This document shows, one piece after another, positions 1 through 15,647 of a DNA stretch of 64,000 nt. Location of the stretch: NCBI GenBank assembly GCA_964035545.1, contig OZ037769.1, positions 14,104,633 through 14,168,632 on the forward strand, read 5' to 3'. Source of the DNA: Bugula neritina. Taxonomy: Eukaryota; Animalia; Bryozoa. How positions within the stretch are numbered: position 1 is the stretch's first letter; the number at the start of each line of letters is the position of its first letter. The notes beneath the pieces are model-generated. The model was not told the origin of the DNA and searched no databases. It was given only the letters and a program-made list of their open reading frames with translations. The translations under genes and the position numbers were made by a program.

Positions 1-1
1 A

Positions 2-952
2 AATACCCTCCCAACAAGAATAAAACCAGAAATCGGAAATGGAAATTCTATACATACTGAAATACAGATGATGTACAAACACACTAAATCTATTTTGAAA
101 GAAAAAAAATATAAAAATAGAATAATATTGGTTTACTCTACATACATTCCTTGCTCTCAGAATCAGTTTCACAATGGTGGTGTTTTTCTAGAATGCGCAG
201 GAGAAATGGCAAATTTTGTTGTAGATAAAACTGTAAATGAAGGGAACAATCGATTTATTGTTTTTTATGAAACTGTACATAAGAAGAAGAACACAGTAAT
301 TGAGGTATCGCAGCTCTACATGGAACTGAGTGGGATAATAGCTCTAAAGTACAACCCAAACACCGGTGACTTACGGAGAGATAAAAGACTTTTGCCAGAA
401 TTCACAGACCACTTGAGAGATCAGCCAATGTTTCTAAGACTAAGCCGCCCTCTGTTGAATAGTACTTACCAAGCGACTGGTACTCAACTGTTTGTTGACT
501 GTTTGGCTCGTAATAGTGTTAAAAATCATCCGCCAGAAAAAAACGTGCAATTCACAGTTGCAAAGTACCAACTCTACCACGATTTTTCTATGGGCACGAA
601 CAAAATTGTAGATGAAAATGAAATGGACAAAGCTTTAATAGCAGCTTTGAAGAATACAGATCAATCCAAAACGCAAAAGGCTTATGCTTTAAGTTGTGGT
701 GTGTTTGCTAAAGCTATGTTTAAAGACAAAATTAAACATGATTCGATTATAGTTGAAAAGCAGACGACTGACTATTTTTCATTTGACTCTATAAATATTG
801 CTGCATTGACGCCTAATGAACAAATTCAAGAAAATAAATTTACTTTTAACACAAAAGATGAAATGAAAGCATGCGTTATTTCTCTTCGTAGAGCTAGAAA
901 CCGTTTCGGATTTGACAAAACAGATCAGCTAAGTTGTAAACTTAAATCTTAA
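2..952 (+). CDS. AID/APOBEC/SNAD-like zinc-dependent deaminase paralog 1 (5' end outside window)
   Basis: Frame is open from position 2 (NTLPTRIKPEIGNGNSI-HTEIQMM; HTE at 53-61), so the ORF-track Met at 68 is internal. Motifs: HTE, ILVYSTYIPC-x13-C (PCSQNQFHNGGVFLEC), RFIVFYE, LYMELSGIIALKY. Clear paralog of the minus-strand gene (28/34 identical residues across the PC..C block). Confidence 0.75.
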   Translation, partial: NTLPTRIKPEIGNGNSIHTEIQMMYKHTKSILKEKKYKNRIILVYSTYIPCSQNQFHNGGVFLECAGEMANFVVDKTVNEGNNRFIVFYETVHKKKNTVIEVSQLYMELSGIIALKYNPNTGDLRRDKRLLPEFTDHLRDQPMFLRLSRPLLNSTYQATGTQLFVDCLARNSVKNHPPEKNVQFTVAKYQLYHDFSMGTNKIVDENEMDKALIAALKNTDQSKTQKAYALSCGVFAKAMFKDKIKHDSIIVEKQTTDYFSFDSINIAALTPNEQIQENKFTFNTKDEMKACVISLRRARNRFGFDKTDQLSCKLKS

Positions 953-1005
953 TTTTTTTTATTTTAATTGGATAAACCAACTGATTGTTTTTACCTGGTA
1001 TAATT

Positions 1006-1007
<2 letters not shown>

Positions 1008-1069
<62 letters not shown>
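1008..1069. repeat. (TA)n microsatellite
   Basis: Pure TA dinucleotide run. Confidence 0.95.
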
Positions 1070-1071
<2 letters not shown>

Positions 1072-1149
1072 AATATTACGTAAAATTACAAAATATGTCT
1101 CTTTTGTGCGCAAATAAACGTAAAATACTAAAAATAATTTTGATATGTA

Positions 1150-2030
1150 ATAATTATTGTTTGTTTTCCTTTAAACTGATCTTTTTGGATTTTGAAAAGC
1201 TATTGTTGCTTTTTCTAACTTGTTTCTATATTTCAATTTTTTTCAAAATAATTATTAAAATGTATGCTGGTTTTGAGGAGTTTAATTGCTATATATAATA
1301 CCTTTAACAGATAACTGTGTGCTATATGCACAATTTATTATGTCATCTATAGTTATTAAAACTTTTTTGCTACTGCATGTTGACAACTTTTATAGAAACT
1401 TATTATAGAGCCTATATATAGCAAAAATTATTATTAGAAATTTTCTTTGTTTTATAACACTCATAAGTTCATTTCAAATGACATTGTTATATATGCTAAG
1501 GTATCTAGAATTTTTTCAATAAGTTTATATGATCTTGAAAATAGCAGCAAAATTTTGACCTATATGTATTAGCAACAAAGATTTATTCTATAATGTAAGT
1601 CTCCTCAGTATATAGAGAAATATCAATGTTTTGTTCTTCTTGCAACAAATTTGTTGATTTTCCTAACTTGTTTTTATGTTTCAAATATTTTCAAAGTATT
1701 AAAAAATTATGCTGGTTTTGATGAACTTGGTATATAATCATCTTTTATAACGCAATTATGTGCTACATGTGTAATATGTAATGGAGTTTTGTTATTAAAA
1801 CTTGGTTTCTGAATACTGGTGACTGTGGTATTGTTGTAAATAAATGTTTCAGGAAACCTAGCAAAAATTATTGTTATTATTTTCTTTATTTCTACGCACT
1901 CACGCAAATATTTCAAATGAGCTCATTGTACTAAAGCTCCTAGGACTTTTGGTAATAAGTTTATAGAAAATATAAGCAGTAATTGTTTATCCTAATAATT
2001 ATATCATTAACAATCATTCATTCTATAATT
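1150..2030 (+). repeat. Degenerate ~450-bp direct tandem duplication
   Basis: Matching blocks: ttttctaacttgttt..tatgctggttttga (~1210-1275 vs ~1660-1720); gcaaaaattatt..acactca..tttcaaatga (~1420-1480 vs ~1860-1920); aataagtttata (~1518 vs ~1954). Boundaries approximate. Confidence 0.6.
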
Positions 2031-4987
2031 CCAGTAAAGATAAATTATTATTTTGATGTATGCAGAAACTTCAAAGTTCAAGTCATTCATACAATAGCAA
2101 CGTTTTCAAATGACTTGAAATAAAAAATTATCGTTTGATAGCTTCAAAGTCATACAATTATAAGCATGATAATGCTGACGTAATTGTTGGTTGCGAAATG
2201 TTTCATCAAAAGACGTAAAATTTAAAAATAATCAACAAATAGATGTGAAGCTAATTAGCTAAGTACTATTTAGTGAGTTCATGTTTTGAGTTTCAGTTTT
2301 GCAATTTTGTTCCAATCAATCAGGCAACATGTTAGTTCAGATGATGAATAAAATATCAAAATAAAATAATTTATAACCCGGGCCGGGCAGCAAAACATTT
2401 GTCAAGTGCCATTGATCACTAGAGTTATGCCCTCACTGGTAACTCCTGCGTTCAATTTTGCACTAGTAATTTGGTTCAATTACTGCATGAGTGCTCAAAC
2501 CAGTGTTACGTGACACAGTTATGTATTCAAGTTAAATTTTTTTTGTTTTTAGAATTTATACTGCTGTTTTAAAAAACAATTGATTAATATCAAAATATAT
2601 GTTAGCAGCTTATGCGCAATGCAATCAAAAATTTTCTCTTGATCATTGCTATATAATATAGGAATCACCTTTTTTAGCTACTGAATTTAGCAAATACTAT
2701 TCTGTTTTGTGTAAACTTTAAAGATGAATATACTTCGACACAAATTTGGTTGTGTTCATTTTGTAAGCCAATACAATATTATGTCAATAATGCCTTAATG
2801 ATCTTTTGAATTACAAAAAACATTTAAATTATTTAGCATTATATCTGAGTCACAAATTAAACTGCTATCTTATAGTTTTTGAAACTGATGCTCTGTTGAA
2901 GCAAAAGAAAATTGCTGACTTCTTAATGAGGGCTATTGCTCTAGCATAATACGCCAACTTTATATAACAGTACAGCAAAAATGGGTAGCTAGTTTTATTT
3001 TCTAGACTGACAACTCCATATTCCCACATAACTTTGCTCTGTCCTGTGCAAAAAATATAATATTATACTAAGTACACAGGGAGTTGTTCGTCCACAAGAC
3101 AACACTAGCTATATCAGCTTTGCCTATTATGGCCTGCACTGTTATAAATTAGTTTCACCATAACAATTTAATTTCATAAAAATAAAAATGAAATATTATA
3201 AAATTGTATCATTATATAAAATGCACAACAGTTACCAGGGCTTCCAATTAAATATAGATTCTTTTGGGAGTTAAACTATTATATTCTAGTATAAAAAATT
3301 AAATATCTATATATACTCCACAAAGCAGTAATTAGGAAATGATTGAGTAGTGAAGCCTCTAAGCTCTGTAAATGGTTTCAGAATGTTTTGTTATTACAAA
3401 CTTTTTTGCAATGTTAATTCCTAAACAAATAAAATAGAAATTCAAATTCTAATATATACTCCCCACAATATATACTATATTGAATAGGCTAGAACCTTAA
3501 AAAATTTGCACCTCGTCAACTAAGCATTATTTAGCAGAGTGCTATATTGAAATATGGGAGTTAGAGCTGCTAAAAATATCGTAGTACATTTTTAGTTGCC
3601 ATGGTTGAATAATGCAAATAGCAAGCTTTGTGTTGCTTAAATAATTGGTATAATCTCATGCACAACTTAAAATTTTAAATAACTATATCGGAGCCTATTT
3701 ATTTGATCATATAAAATACTTCTTACCTTTCTCCAACATATCCTGATCGGACAACTATAATATGAATCATTTATGAAACATATATGTAAGCTATACAACA
3801 TTCTCTCTTTTATCTTAGCCTCTTAATATTATTTTGAGATTTATTCAAATAGTATAAAATGTCATCAATTTGTAAATCATTGACGTTATTTGCCACAATT
3901 TAATGATCTAAAATATGTCATTATATTTGAATGCTAGAAGGCTCTCAGCTGTTGAAGGAGTGTCTATTATGTAAAACAAAATCCTTAGTACGTTTGTTGC
4001 AAAATTGTGAATATCTTCAGTATAGCTATACTTATATTTTGCTAATATTCATTGTAAACCTTATTTAGGTCCAGCTTTCTTTTGTTATAAGTATATACTA
4101 AACAGTACTATAGACAACTGAAAGGCTTAGAGTCATGTTTTAGACGCTTTAAGTTACTATTAAGTCTGAATCATACTTGAATTTTATATAATAAATGATT
4201 AGTAGCCTTGACCTATAAATAATTACAAGAGATGCCATACCATATAGTATTATAAAAAAAAACCAACTCCGTTTGATTAAACATGTGACACTAAGCAAAC
4301 AGTTAGCACCAAATGTCTTATTTTAATTAATTAGGCCTAATCATTGCAGCATTTCTTCACAATTCCAACAGCAAAAACAAGAAAAATGTCTTTTAGTTTT
4401 TTTTTTCATGCTATAACACGCCAGTAAAATGTTTTAAAAATAAGTTTTTACATAGCGTTTGGCATTGATTGTGTATATTTGTTCGTTGTACGCTAGCATT
4501 TGCTTTTTGGAAAAAGTGTTTTATTGCATCGCTGGAATTTTAAATAAGCAGCTTTCATATCTGAACAAGTGTTGAATTGAAGAGAGCAATACTTATATTT
4601 ATACAGCTTGGGCTGCGTCTAGGGAATATGGAATATAAGGTTTCTATAGTAATAAATATCAGTATAAATTATAGTATTCAGACTGCTCACAATATTTATT
4701 ATTCAACTTATCAAAATTGAATGCTACATTAAATACACCAATTAAAAGGAGACACATAAATTAGACAAACAACTTCTAATGGGCTAGATAATTGCATGGT
4801 AGCAATTAAAATTCAATATTTTCAAATAGTGCTTAGAATTTTGTATAATAGAGAAAGATAAAACTTTTTAGTTCATAGAAATTGACGCAAAATATTTTCA
4901 ATTGGAAGGAAAATTATTGCTTTCTATAAAATCAAGTTTGCAAAAAGGGATTAAAAACAACTTTTGATAAAACATGATATTAGTGAT

Positions 4988-7900
4988 TTATGAAACTAGG
5001 CCACAAACTTCTTGTTTTTCTCGTGGAACCTGGAAGTGTGCTATGAATTCGGGAAGGAAAGCCCTACAGGATTCTTGTTTTGTAATACGATCAAATTTCA
5101 CCCTCTCCATCTCCCTGTTTGATTTCGGAGAACCATTAAACGAAAGAAACGCTGTGGTTTTCTTTTCCACCGCAATTGCATTTGTTTTTTGGTTCCCATA
5201 CATTATTTGGGCATATCTATAGCAGCCTAATACTTTAGATCTTTGTTTTCTTGTCATGTCATTAACTCGATAAGCTGCTTTGTGAAGAGTTTTCAAATTA
5301 TCGGAATCCATTGAAAAAGCTTTATAAAGTTGACATTTTGCTGCAATAAACTGCACTTCTTGTGTTGTCATTGAATCTGATCTGGCTGTTATAAAATTGT
5401 TACGTGCAATACAATCAACATACAGTTGGGTAGAAGTAGTTTTATACGCATCACTCAACAGGGGGCGCCCTAGTCTAATGAACTTTGGAAAATTTCGAAA
5501 ATAAGTTGCAAACGTAGGAAATATTCTGGCAATCCGCTTTAATTTGTTGGTGCCTGGAGTGTATTTAAGGGCTATAATACCACTCATTTCCATGTAGAGC
5601 TTTGCTACTGGTGAAATTGTCTGCTCATGAATTTCTTCATAAAACACAATAAACCGAATTCTTCTCGGGTTGTTATTGACGATGAAGTTAGCCATCTCCC
5701 CAGCACATTCTAAAAACACTCCACCTTCTGCCCCTTGATTTTGTGCGCAGGGAATGTATTTAGAGTAGACTAAAATTATTTTATCTTCGTTTTCTTGTTT
5801 GGTAAGAATATTGTTACCCTGTCGGTGCATCATTTGTATTTCAGTGTGTATCACATGGTCACCACGCAATTCAAAAAAGTTTTTAATTTTGGTTGGAAGA
5901 GCTTCAATATTTTGCAAGCATTCTCTGTTGCACACACCTCTTCCTCTTTGACTATTCGCTGCAAAGTTACTGTAGATCTGATCTCCACTTACAGGCTCTT
6001 TTGTTAAAACCAGAGGTTCAGCAGCCCCTTCTCTTGCTTTCTCAATTTGCAGAGGAGTGGCCACAACCCATTGTACGTAGCCTTTGTCTGGACGAGCATC
6101 ATAGAATTCTCGCAGTTCACCAGCAATTCTCGCTAACTGTGTCCTTAGTGTGTCCCGAATATCAGAATCTTTTTTCTTACCGAGTTCTGTCATCAACAAA
6201 TCCGCCTTCTGCTTTTCTTCTTCAGTTGCCTGAGCATGTTTCACAAGAGCAAGAGTGGATATTAGAGCCAAAGATATCTAAAAATACGTAACAATTTTGC
6301 AAATGTGACTGTATGATTATAACTTCCAATGTCACAGCAAAAATCGTAAAGTTTTTTAAGTTTCTTATATTCCCTGATATAATTCACACAGCAACTTGAA
6401 AAGACAAATGCAACTATATATGTATAGCTGCAGTGTCGAGTGTTTAAAAGGAGCAATATTCGTCAACGAATCTAAAAGTTTTGTTTGCGTTTATTAATGT
6501 GATTCAAAGATTTGTATTCAAAATAACACCAGATGCGTCTATAATAATGGCTTAAGACTAAAAGAAAAGAATAGCATCTTTATTTTTTATCAAAGCAGCC
6601 GTGATTTAGGGGTTAGAGGTTTTGCCTAGTAAGCACGAGGTCATAGGTTCTATAACCCCGACAAAGGCCATATTGGTGATTTTGGGAAGAGCATCCAGTC
6701 ATAACTGCTCTTGTGCCCCGTTTGAACAAGCCCTTAGCCTGATTTAACAAAAACCCCTTTTATTCAAGGGTTTTTTACAGGGAGAACTACTGTAAACTTG
6801 CGTAAGTTTTTTTTAAATTTTCTATCAAAATATTATTTGCTATTGACAAAGTTAAAATTCAATATTATAAATGACTTCATATATATAGGGCAAACTTCCT
6901 AATATAGTTATTGGGCAGATGTTGGCAACTAAATGCTGTTGCTTATAAGTAATGTGACTAACTTGTTGTAACCCAAATAACTTTCTTAATTTATTTTAAT
7001 GCGCAAATTATGTATACCCATATGCACTCGATTTACATTATTTTTTTAAATCAATAATTTTTATTTTCTATCCGCTTGTTTACTTTTATTTCAAAAATAA
7101 AACATCAAACTTGTGTAAATACAACCTTTGTTTTTAAACAATTATTTTACTATAAATACTATTTTGTTTTTCATATCTTTCTACTATATATATTCGAAAT
7201 AACTAATAAATTATTAGTAAGCTGGAATTTGCAGTATTTTTTCCTCAAGCAAATCCTGTATACAACTAGTTTTCAATGTTTTCAACTGTTACAAATTAGT
7301 CTCAAATTTGATTTCTTATAAGAAAATATATTTGAGGTAGGTGCAGTAAAGGAAAAGCTGATAAAATGCAACAAAAGAAATTATGTTTTCATACTTATGT
7401 GAAGAAATCAAAATTCATTAAAAAAAATTAGGAAACTCAAGTTATTGAAAGTTGATTTTTTACTGCAGTTGAATATATTTACTTTGAAATGAATTAAGTT
7501 CTTGTATTGAATTTTTTCTGCAGATTTCAAAATAACCAACTGTCATGAAGTCAAGCATGAGCCTCAGAAGCCAATAACATATTTAATAGTAAATAAAACA
7601 TTCAACTAAAAATCGCATGTGCCTCAAACTCTATGGGCGATTGAAATATTTTTTTATTTAAATAATTTATCTGTTTTCAAGAGAGATTTTTGTCTGTAAA
7701 TTAAAATACTTTAAATACACCATGCATGCATATTTAACTACTGCTTGAGGAACTTCATCAATAACTATTTTGTTACAATATTGAAATTAAGTTTCACATC
7801 ACTGCTGTATATTATAGTAAGCATAATTTAGTGCCTGTTATTTAAGATTTTGTTTAACATTCACAAAACTTTGAAAAAAATAACTGAACTCCTTAACTCA

Positions 7901-8536
7901 TCAAAGTATGTATCAGTAATACTCATGAAGTCATTTAATTATATACTTAATGTACGAATTGTGTTGATTATGCAGTCAATTATGCAAATCTATTAATTGA
8001 TCATGCATTTCCTATATAACATCTATGAAACAGGTATTAAAATATATACCAAGTATGGTTCTATTATTAACTTCGAAATTAAGACCATTCAGGATAAAAA
8101 CAAAGCAATTAGATTAAGTTTCTCAGCTTCTAATTCTAATCAATGCCAGAAAGTTTTCAAGTATTTGTATTTTAGCAAACAATAATAGTATCATAGCAAT
8201 AGAACTAGAAAAATATTTAAAAACCTGATAGGTCAAAAATAATATTTTGTTTCTATAATGATTTATTATGCCATAATTATTTTCCCTACCTGATCAGGAA
8301 ATGGCGGTGAAAGTTTATTATAATTATTATATATTTTCTATATAATAATCTATAGGGTTCATATAATCAAAACCCCTATTGGCTTATCTAATTTGCATGC
8401 AGGAAATTTAACTATTCTATCATTTATCAGATGTTTTTCTCCAACTATATAATATATTTAATTAATTGAGCAATCACTACTGTATATGAGAAAAATAATA
8501 ATTAGTTATACTTACAGAAAAAGTAGATAACTTCAT
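4988..8536 (-). CDS. Secreted AID/APOBEC/SNAD-like zinc-dependent deaminase paralog 2 (~436 aa, 2 coding exons)
   Basis: Exon 1 8536..8516 (gcagcaATG, MKLSTFS, donor GTAAGT). Exon 2 6277..4988 follows acceptor tatttttAG in phase 0. Joined N-terminus MKLSTFSISLALISTLALVKHAQA-TEEE is a typical signal peptide. HTEIQMM (HTE 5848..5840), YSKYIPC-x13-C, RFIVFYE, then a ~190-aa Cys-containing C-terminal extension. Confidence 0.8.
6595..6805 (+). mobile_element. tRNA-derived SINE, family A
   Basis: gcagccgtgatttaggggttagag..ggtcataggttc..aaaggcc..tggtga..ggaagagcatccagtcataa; the same sequence recurs at least 6 times in the window. Confidence 0.8.
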
Positions 8537-8593
8537 TGCTGCCACAAGTTCTACGAACTCTACCGAAAGTGACACTTGCTAGAAAAAGGCGAT

Positions 8594-8600
8594 TTTTATA
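8594..8600 (-). promoter_or_regulatory. Candidate TATA box of deaminase paralog 2
   Basis: TATAAAA on the minus strand about 60 bp upstream of the ATG at 8536. Confidence 0.45.
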
Positions 8601-9543
8601 TGCTATAGTAATGCATTACACGTAACACCCAGTATAATATATGCCTACATAATGTGAGGCTTTGTAATGCCAAACCTAAACAAGTTTTATGAGGTTCTTG
8701 CGTCATGCCTGTTTCATTATTACATATCAAATATTAATTACAGTTGTATATACAGCTGTGGGTTGTTTTTCTACTAAAAACTATTCGAGCATTTATTAGA
8801 AATTGTTATTAAGAGGGTGAAATCGAATGGAACCATATATTACCAATATTGTTATAGGTTCGGGAAAATAAGGCATTCAGCATTGCACATATATAAACAC
8901 TGTAATTAATACAGTTTAAAACTGAGATTTAAAACTGGTTTTGTAATTATTATATTATTATACAGTGTGGTTTAGCTTAGAAAATTATGAATTTCATTTA
9001 TGATTGGAGGTTGAAAAAACACTTATTAATGTTAAAATGTCAAAAACGTTTCCATTTAAATTAGTTTATTAGAATTTTGTATATTGACTTGATAATTTTA
9101 TTGATACAATTTTAAACAGTTAAGCAGTAATATTTTATGCTGGAATGAAAGTTTTACTCAGAACTATAAATAGGTTTATAATAGCAAACAACTTTGAATT
9201 ACTTTCATTCTATTTTGATGCATGTTGGTACTTATGGTATATATCTCAAGGACTTGAGTGGTTTCTGGTTGTTGACACTAATTCAGCTAGATATAGATTT
9301 TAGATAGTCAAGAGTGTCTTAAGAAGGTATTAAGTTAAAACACCACTTTATTCTTGCACCATCTTACCTGCTACAAGTATACATTGTATGTCAATATAGC
9401 ACCTGGCAGCTCATAAATATTTATTTCAGTAAAAGGGTATAACTGGGTTCATCTACAGCCATTAGTTTTAAAATATGCTGAAACAGTCAGTCATTTCATA
9501 TCTAAGTCTTGTTTAGTTTTCTGCAATATACAGCATCATTAGA

Positions 9544-12656
<3,113 letters not shown>

Positions 12657-14211
12657 CTGGCTGAAACACTATAACATTAAGAAATATTTTACATCATGTA
12701 TGTACTTATACTCATATCGCTTAGCTTCATTTCATTGCTCTATTCTATAACTTCATTACATCACTGTATAAGATAACTTTTTCTTTTATCAAAATATTGC
12801 TCATTATTTCCATTGTCGTTTTATATAATGTTTTGATCTCAGTGTTACTACAGATTTATACAATCAAATTAACAAAAACCGAAAAGTTTTAGTGGATCAT
12901 CCCACATTAAAACATTGTGACTCTAAAGGTATATTAGAGTTTACTGTTATCACTTAAGTAAATTTGTAAAAGCCAAAGTATAGTATCATATTCTTATTAA
13001 TGTATTGATGACACTAATTATAGTTTGTAAATTATATATTTGAGGAAAAGAACTCAAGTAAATACTTTTTAGAAAGCAAATTTAGTTTTAAAGATGCTTA
13101 AAAACTTTTCAAAATCATTAATGGGCTTCTTAATTTCTACTTCAGTATTCAGTTTCTAATTCTGATACCAGTCATTATAATTTTCAAAGCTTATAACACT
13201 TTTCTTTTATGATTACAATGCAATTATTGGAAACATTTGCTAAATTCTGCAGTGAAGACAGAAATTAAATCATGTCTTCATATTCTATTCTCAGTATTTT
13301 TTGCGTTCTGGGACTCTGCCTGCAGGTTTTGGAAAACATAGCTAAATTGTTTGTAAATCTTTGTTTTGCTTTTAAATTTATAAAATATGCTGTTGTTATG
13401 TGTCACTAGTAATTATTACACATGTCCTTATTTATTATTGTTTTCTTTTCTTATTATTTTTATTGTGTTGCTTATTTCTATTATATATCATTGTTAGTTA
13501 CTGCTATATTACTTATATTATCACTGATATACTTATCAAACATTATGTTGTTTAACATCTTGAGCCAATACATATAGTTAAAAATATAAAGTTAAACTAA
13601 CTAAATACCTATAGAAATTAAAAGTACATTTTCCTAATCTTCATTTCCGAAAATTTTATTTTGCGTTTAAATGAAAAGGAAAGAATGGCTAATATTTATG
13701 TTTTAAGTGTTTATCAAAAGAGCAATAACTAAATATTTTGTGTAAGCCCTTCTGTATATCAGTAACTTATTTGTATACAACTACGATATTATAGTGTAAT
13801 ATCAGTGTTTTAAAAACATGCTATGTTATTCATAATATGCTTTTTCTATTGCTTTACATATTTGTTGTAAGTATTTTTACACATTTGTATAAAATATAAT
13901 CATTATCAAAGTAATTATGGGTTACTGGAGTTACTGAGAAGTAACATGATATCTCGATGCCAAGAATAATCTGGTAGTACAGCACATGTGAAAGCAGATG
14001 CTGCATTTCAATAAATTTTCTGGTTTAGTGCCAAGTTAATAGAGGAGACAACTGCCATTCATGCAACTGCTACATACTCAAAGCATCCTTTGGCAAAATG
14101 TTGAATACCTCATATAATATCAGTTAGTTTCAGCAACCTATATTGAACAAACAACACAAAACTAAATAAAAAATGTTGCTTGCAGCTTTTATCACCAGAA
14201 ACTCTTCCAGG

Positions 14212-14644
14212 AGCTGGGTCATTTTACTTAATTTAGTATACACACTGGATATCTTCAGTTTTTAGCTATTTTTCACAATTTGAATGGTAATGAACACGAC
14301 TTTTTGCCAAAAACTAGTGATCAAACACCAATAAATACACCAAAATAATTAGGGTTCTTCTTAATTTTGCTTTATTTCCCATGATTTTTCTTATTTATTT
14401 AGCTTCTTAGGAGTGCTGACCGTTACGGAAAACCGTAATGGTCCATAACCAAAAGTAGCTGAATAATTAGGAAAAAACATGGGAAATGAAGCAAAATTAA
14501 AAAGAACTTTGATTATTTAGGTGTATTTATTAGTGTTTTACTAGTTTCCATTAAAAACCTGTGTTTATTAGCAGTTAAATGGTAAGAAATAGCTAAAAAC
14601 TGAAGATATTCAGAGTGTACTAAATTAAGTAGAATAACCCAGCT
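14212..14644. mobile_element. Fold-back MITE (near-complete ~430-bp palindrome)
   Basis: Ends agctgggtcattttacttaatttagta / tactaaattaagtagaataacccagct; arms stay complementary up to a central hairpin gaccgttacgg-aaaa-ccgtaatggtc. Related copies at 51178-51472 and 62303-62678. Confidence 0.8.
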
Positions 14645-15103
14645 TCAATAATCAAATCATGAAAAATTATATGATAGTATGTTCCTCGATTAGAAGTTGC
14701 ACTATAAACCACAATGAATATAACATATATATTTGCACAGAGATATATTTTGCTTCACCAATTCTGATAGCATGTTCTAAATTAATAATTACAAAGTAAT
14801 TATACATTCAATACATGAACATATACCTACATTATAGTATTATAAGAACAGACATCAGTTCAGTAAAATGTTGAGTTATGAAGATACAAGTTCAGATAGT
14901 GAAGCAGTTGCTTAGCAACATAGCAACTGTGACACCCTTGTGTGTAGAATAGGAAAATATGATTGTCATGAAAGTAATACAAAATAATAATATAAGCAAT
15001 GAATAATTATAGTATGGAAAATAATATTATTGGACAGTCTTAAATCAAATTGCAAAATAATATAAATATATACTTTGTAAAGAATACACACAGCAGGTGC
15101 ATA

Positions 15104-15237
<134 letters not shown>

Positions 15238-15647
15238 GCATATATATTACATATAACCTTACAAAATAAAATAAATTATTTTAATAAAATACTCAACACC
15301 ATATATAACATAACATATATACTAAAATCTACTTAACAATAGATCACGTCAAATAAGAAAAACAGCAGAAGATGCATTACATTACACAGCTTGAAAATGG
15401 CTAAAATTGAATCCCTAACATACAGCATACATTATAAGTGCATAGAAGGGAATCCTTCAGAGCAAATAGTAAGATAACTCCTGAGTTATGACATAAAGTT
15501 AATGAGCTATTGAGTGATGCATAAGTTCCCAAGAGTGGATGATGAGCTATGTGGAGGTAGAGGTATGCCCCCGTAAAACTGGATAGGAAGAACTGAAACT
15601 ATACTAATAGAAGATCCTTGGTCGAGGAGGGAGAAAGTAAGAGCAGA

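Noticed and set aside
2955-3150. Degenerate inverted repeat between the deaminase genes
   Set aside because: Arms only partly complementary; probably an old MITE, with ends and TSD not definable.
2-6277. Deaminase ORFs as bacterial contamination or a prokaryotic toxin-immunity locus
   Set aside because: Paralog 2 has a spliceosomal intron containing a host SINE, there is no adjacent immunity ORF, and the flanks are host-like. Ancient horizontal origin cannot be excluded.
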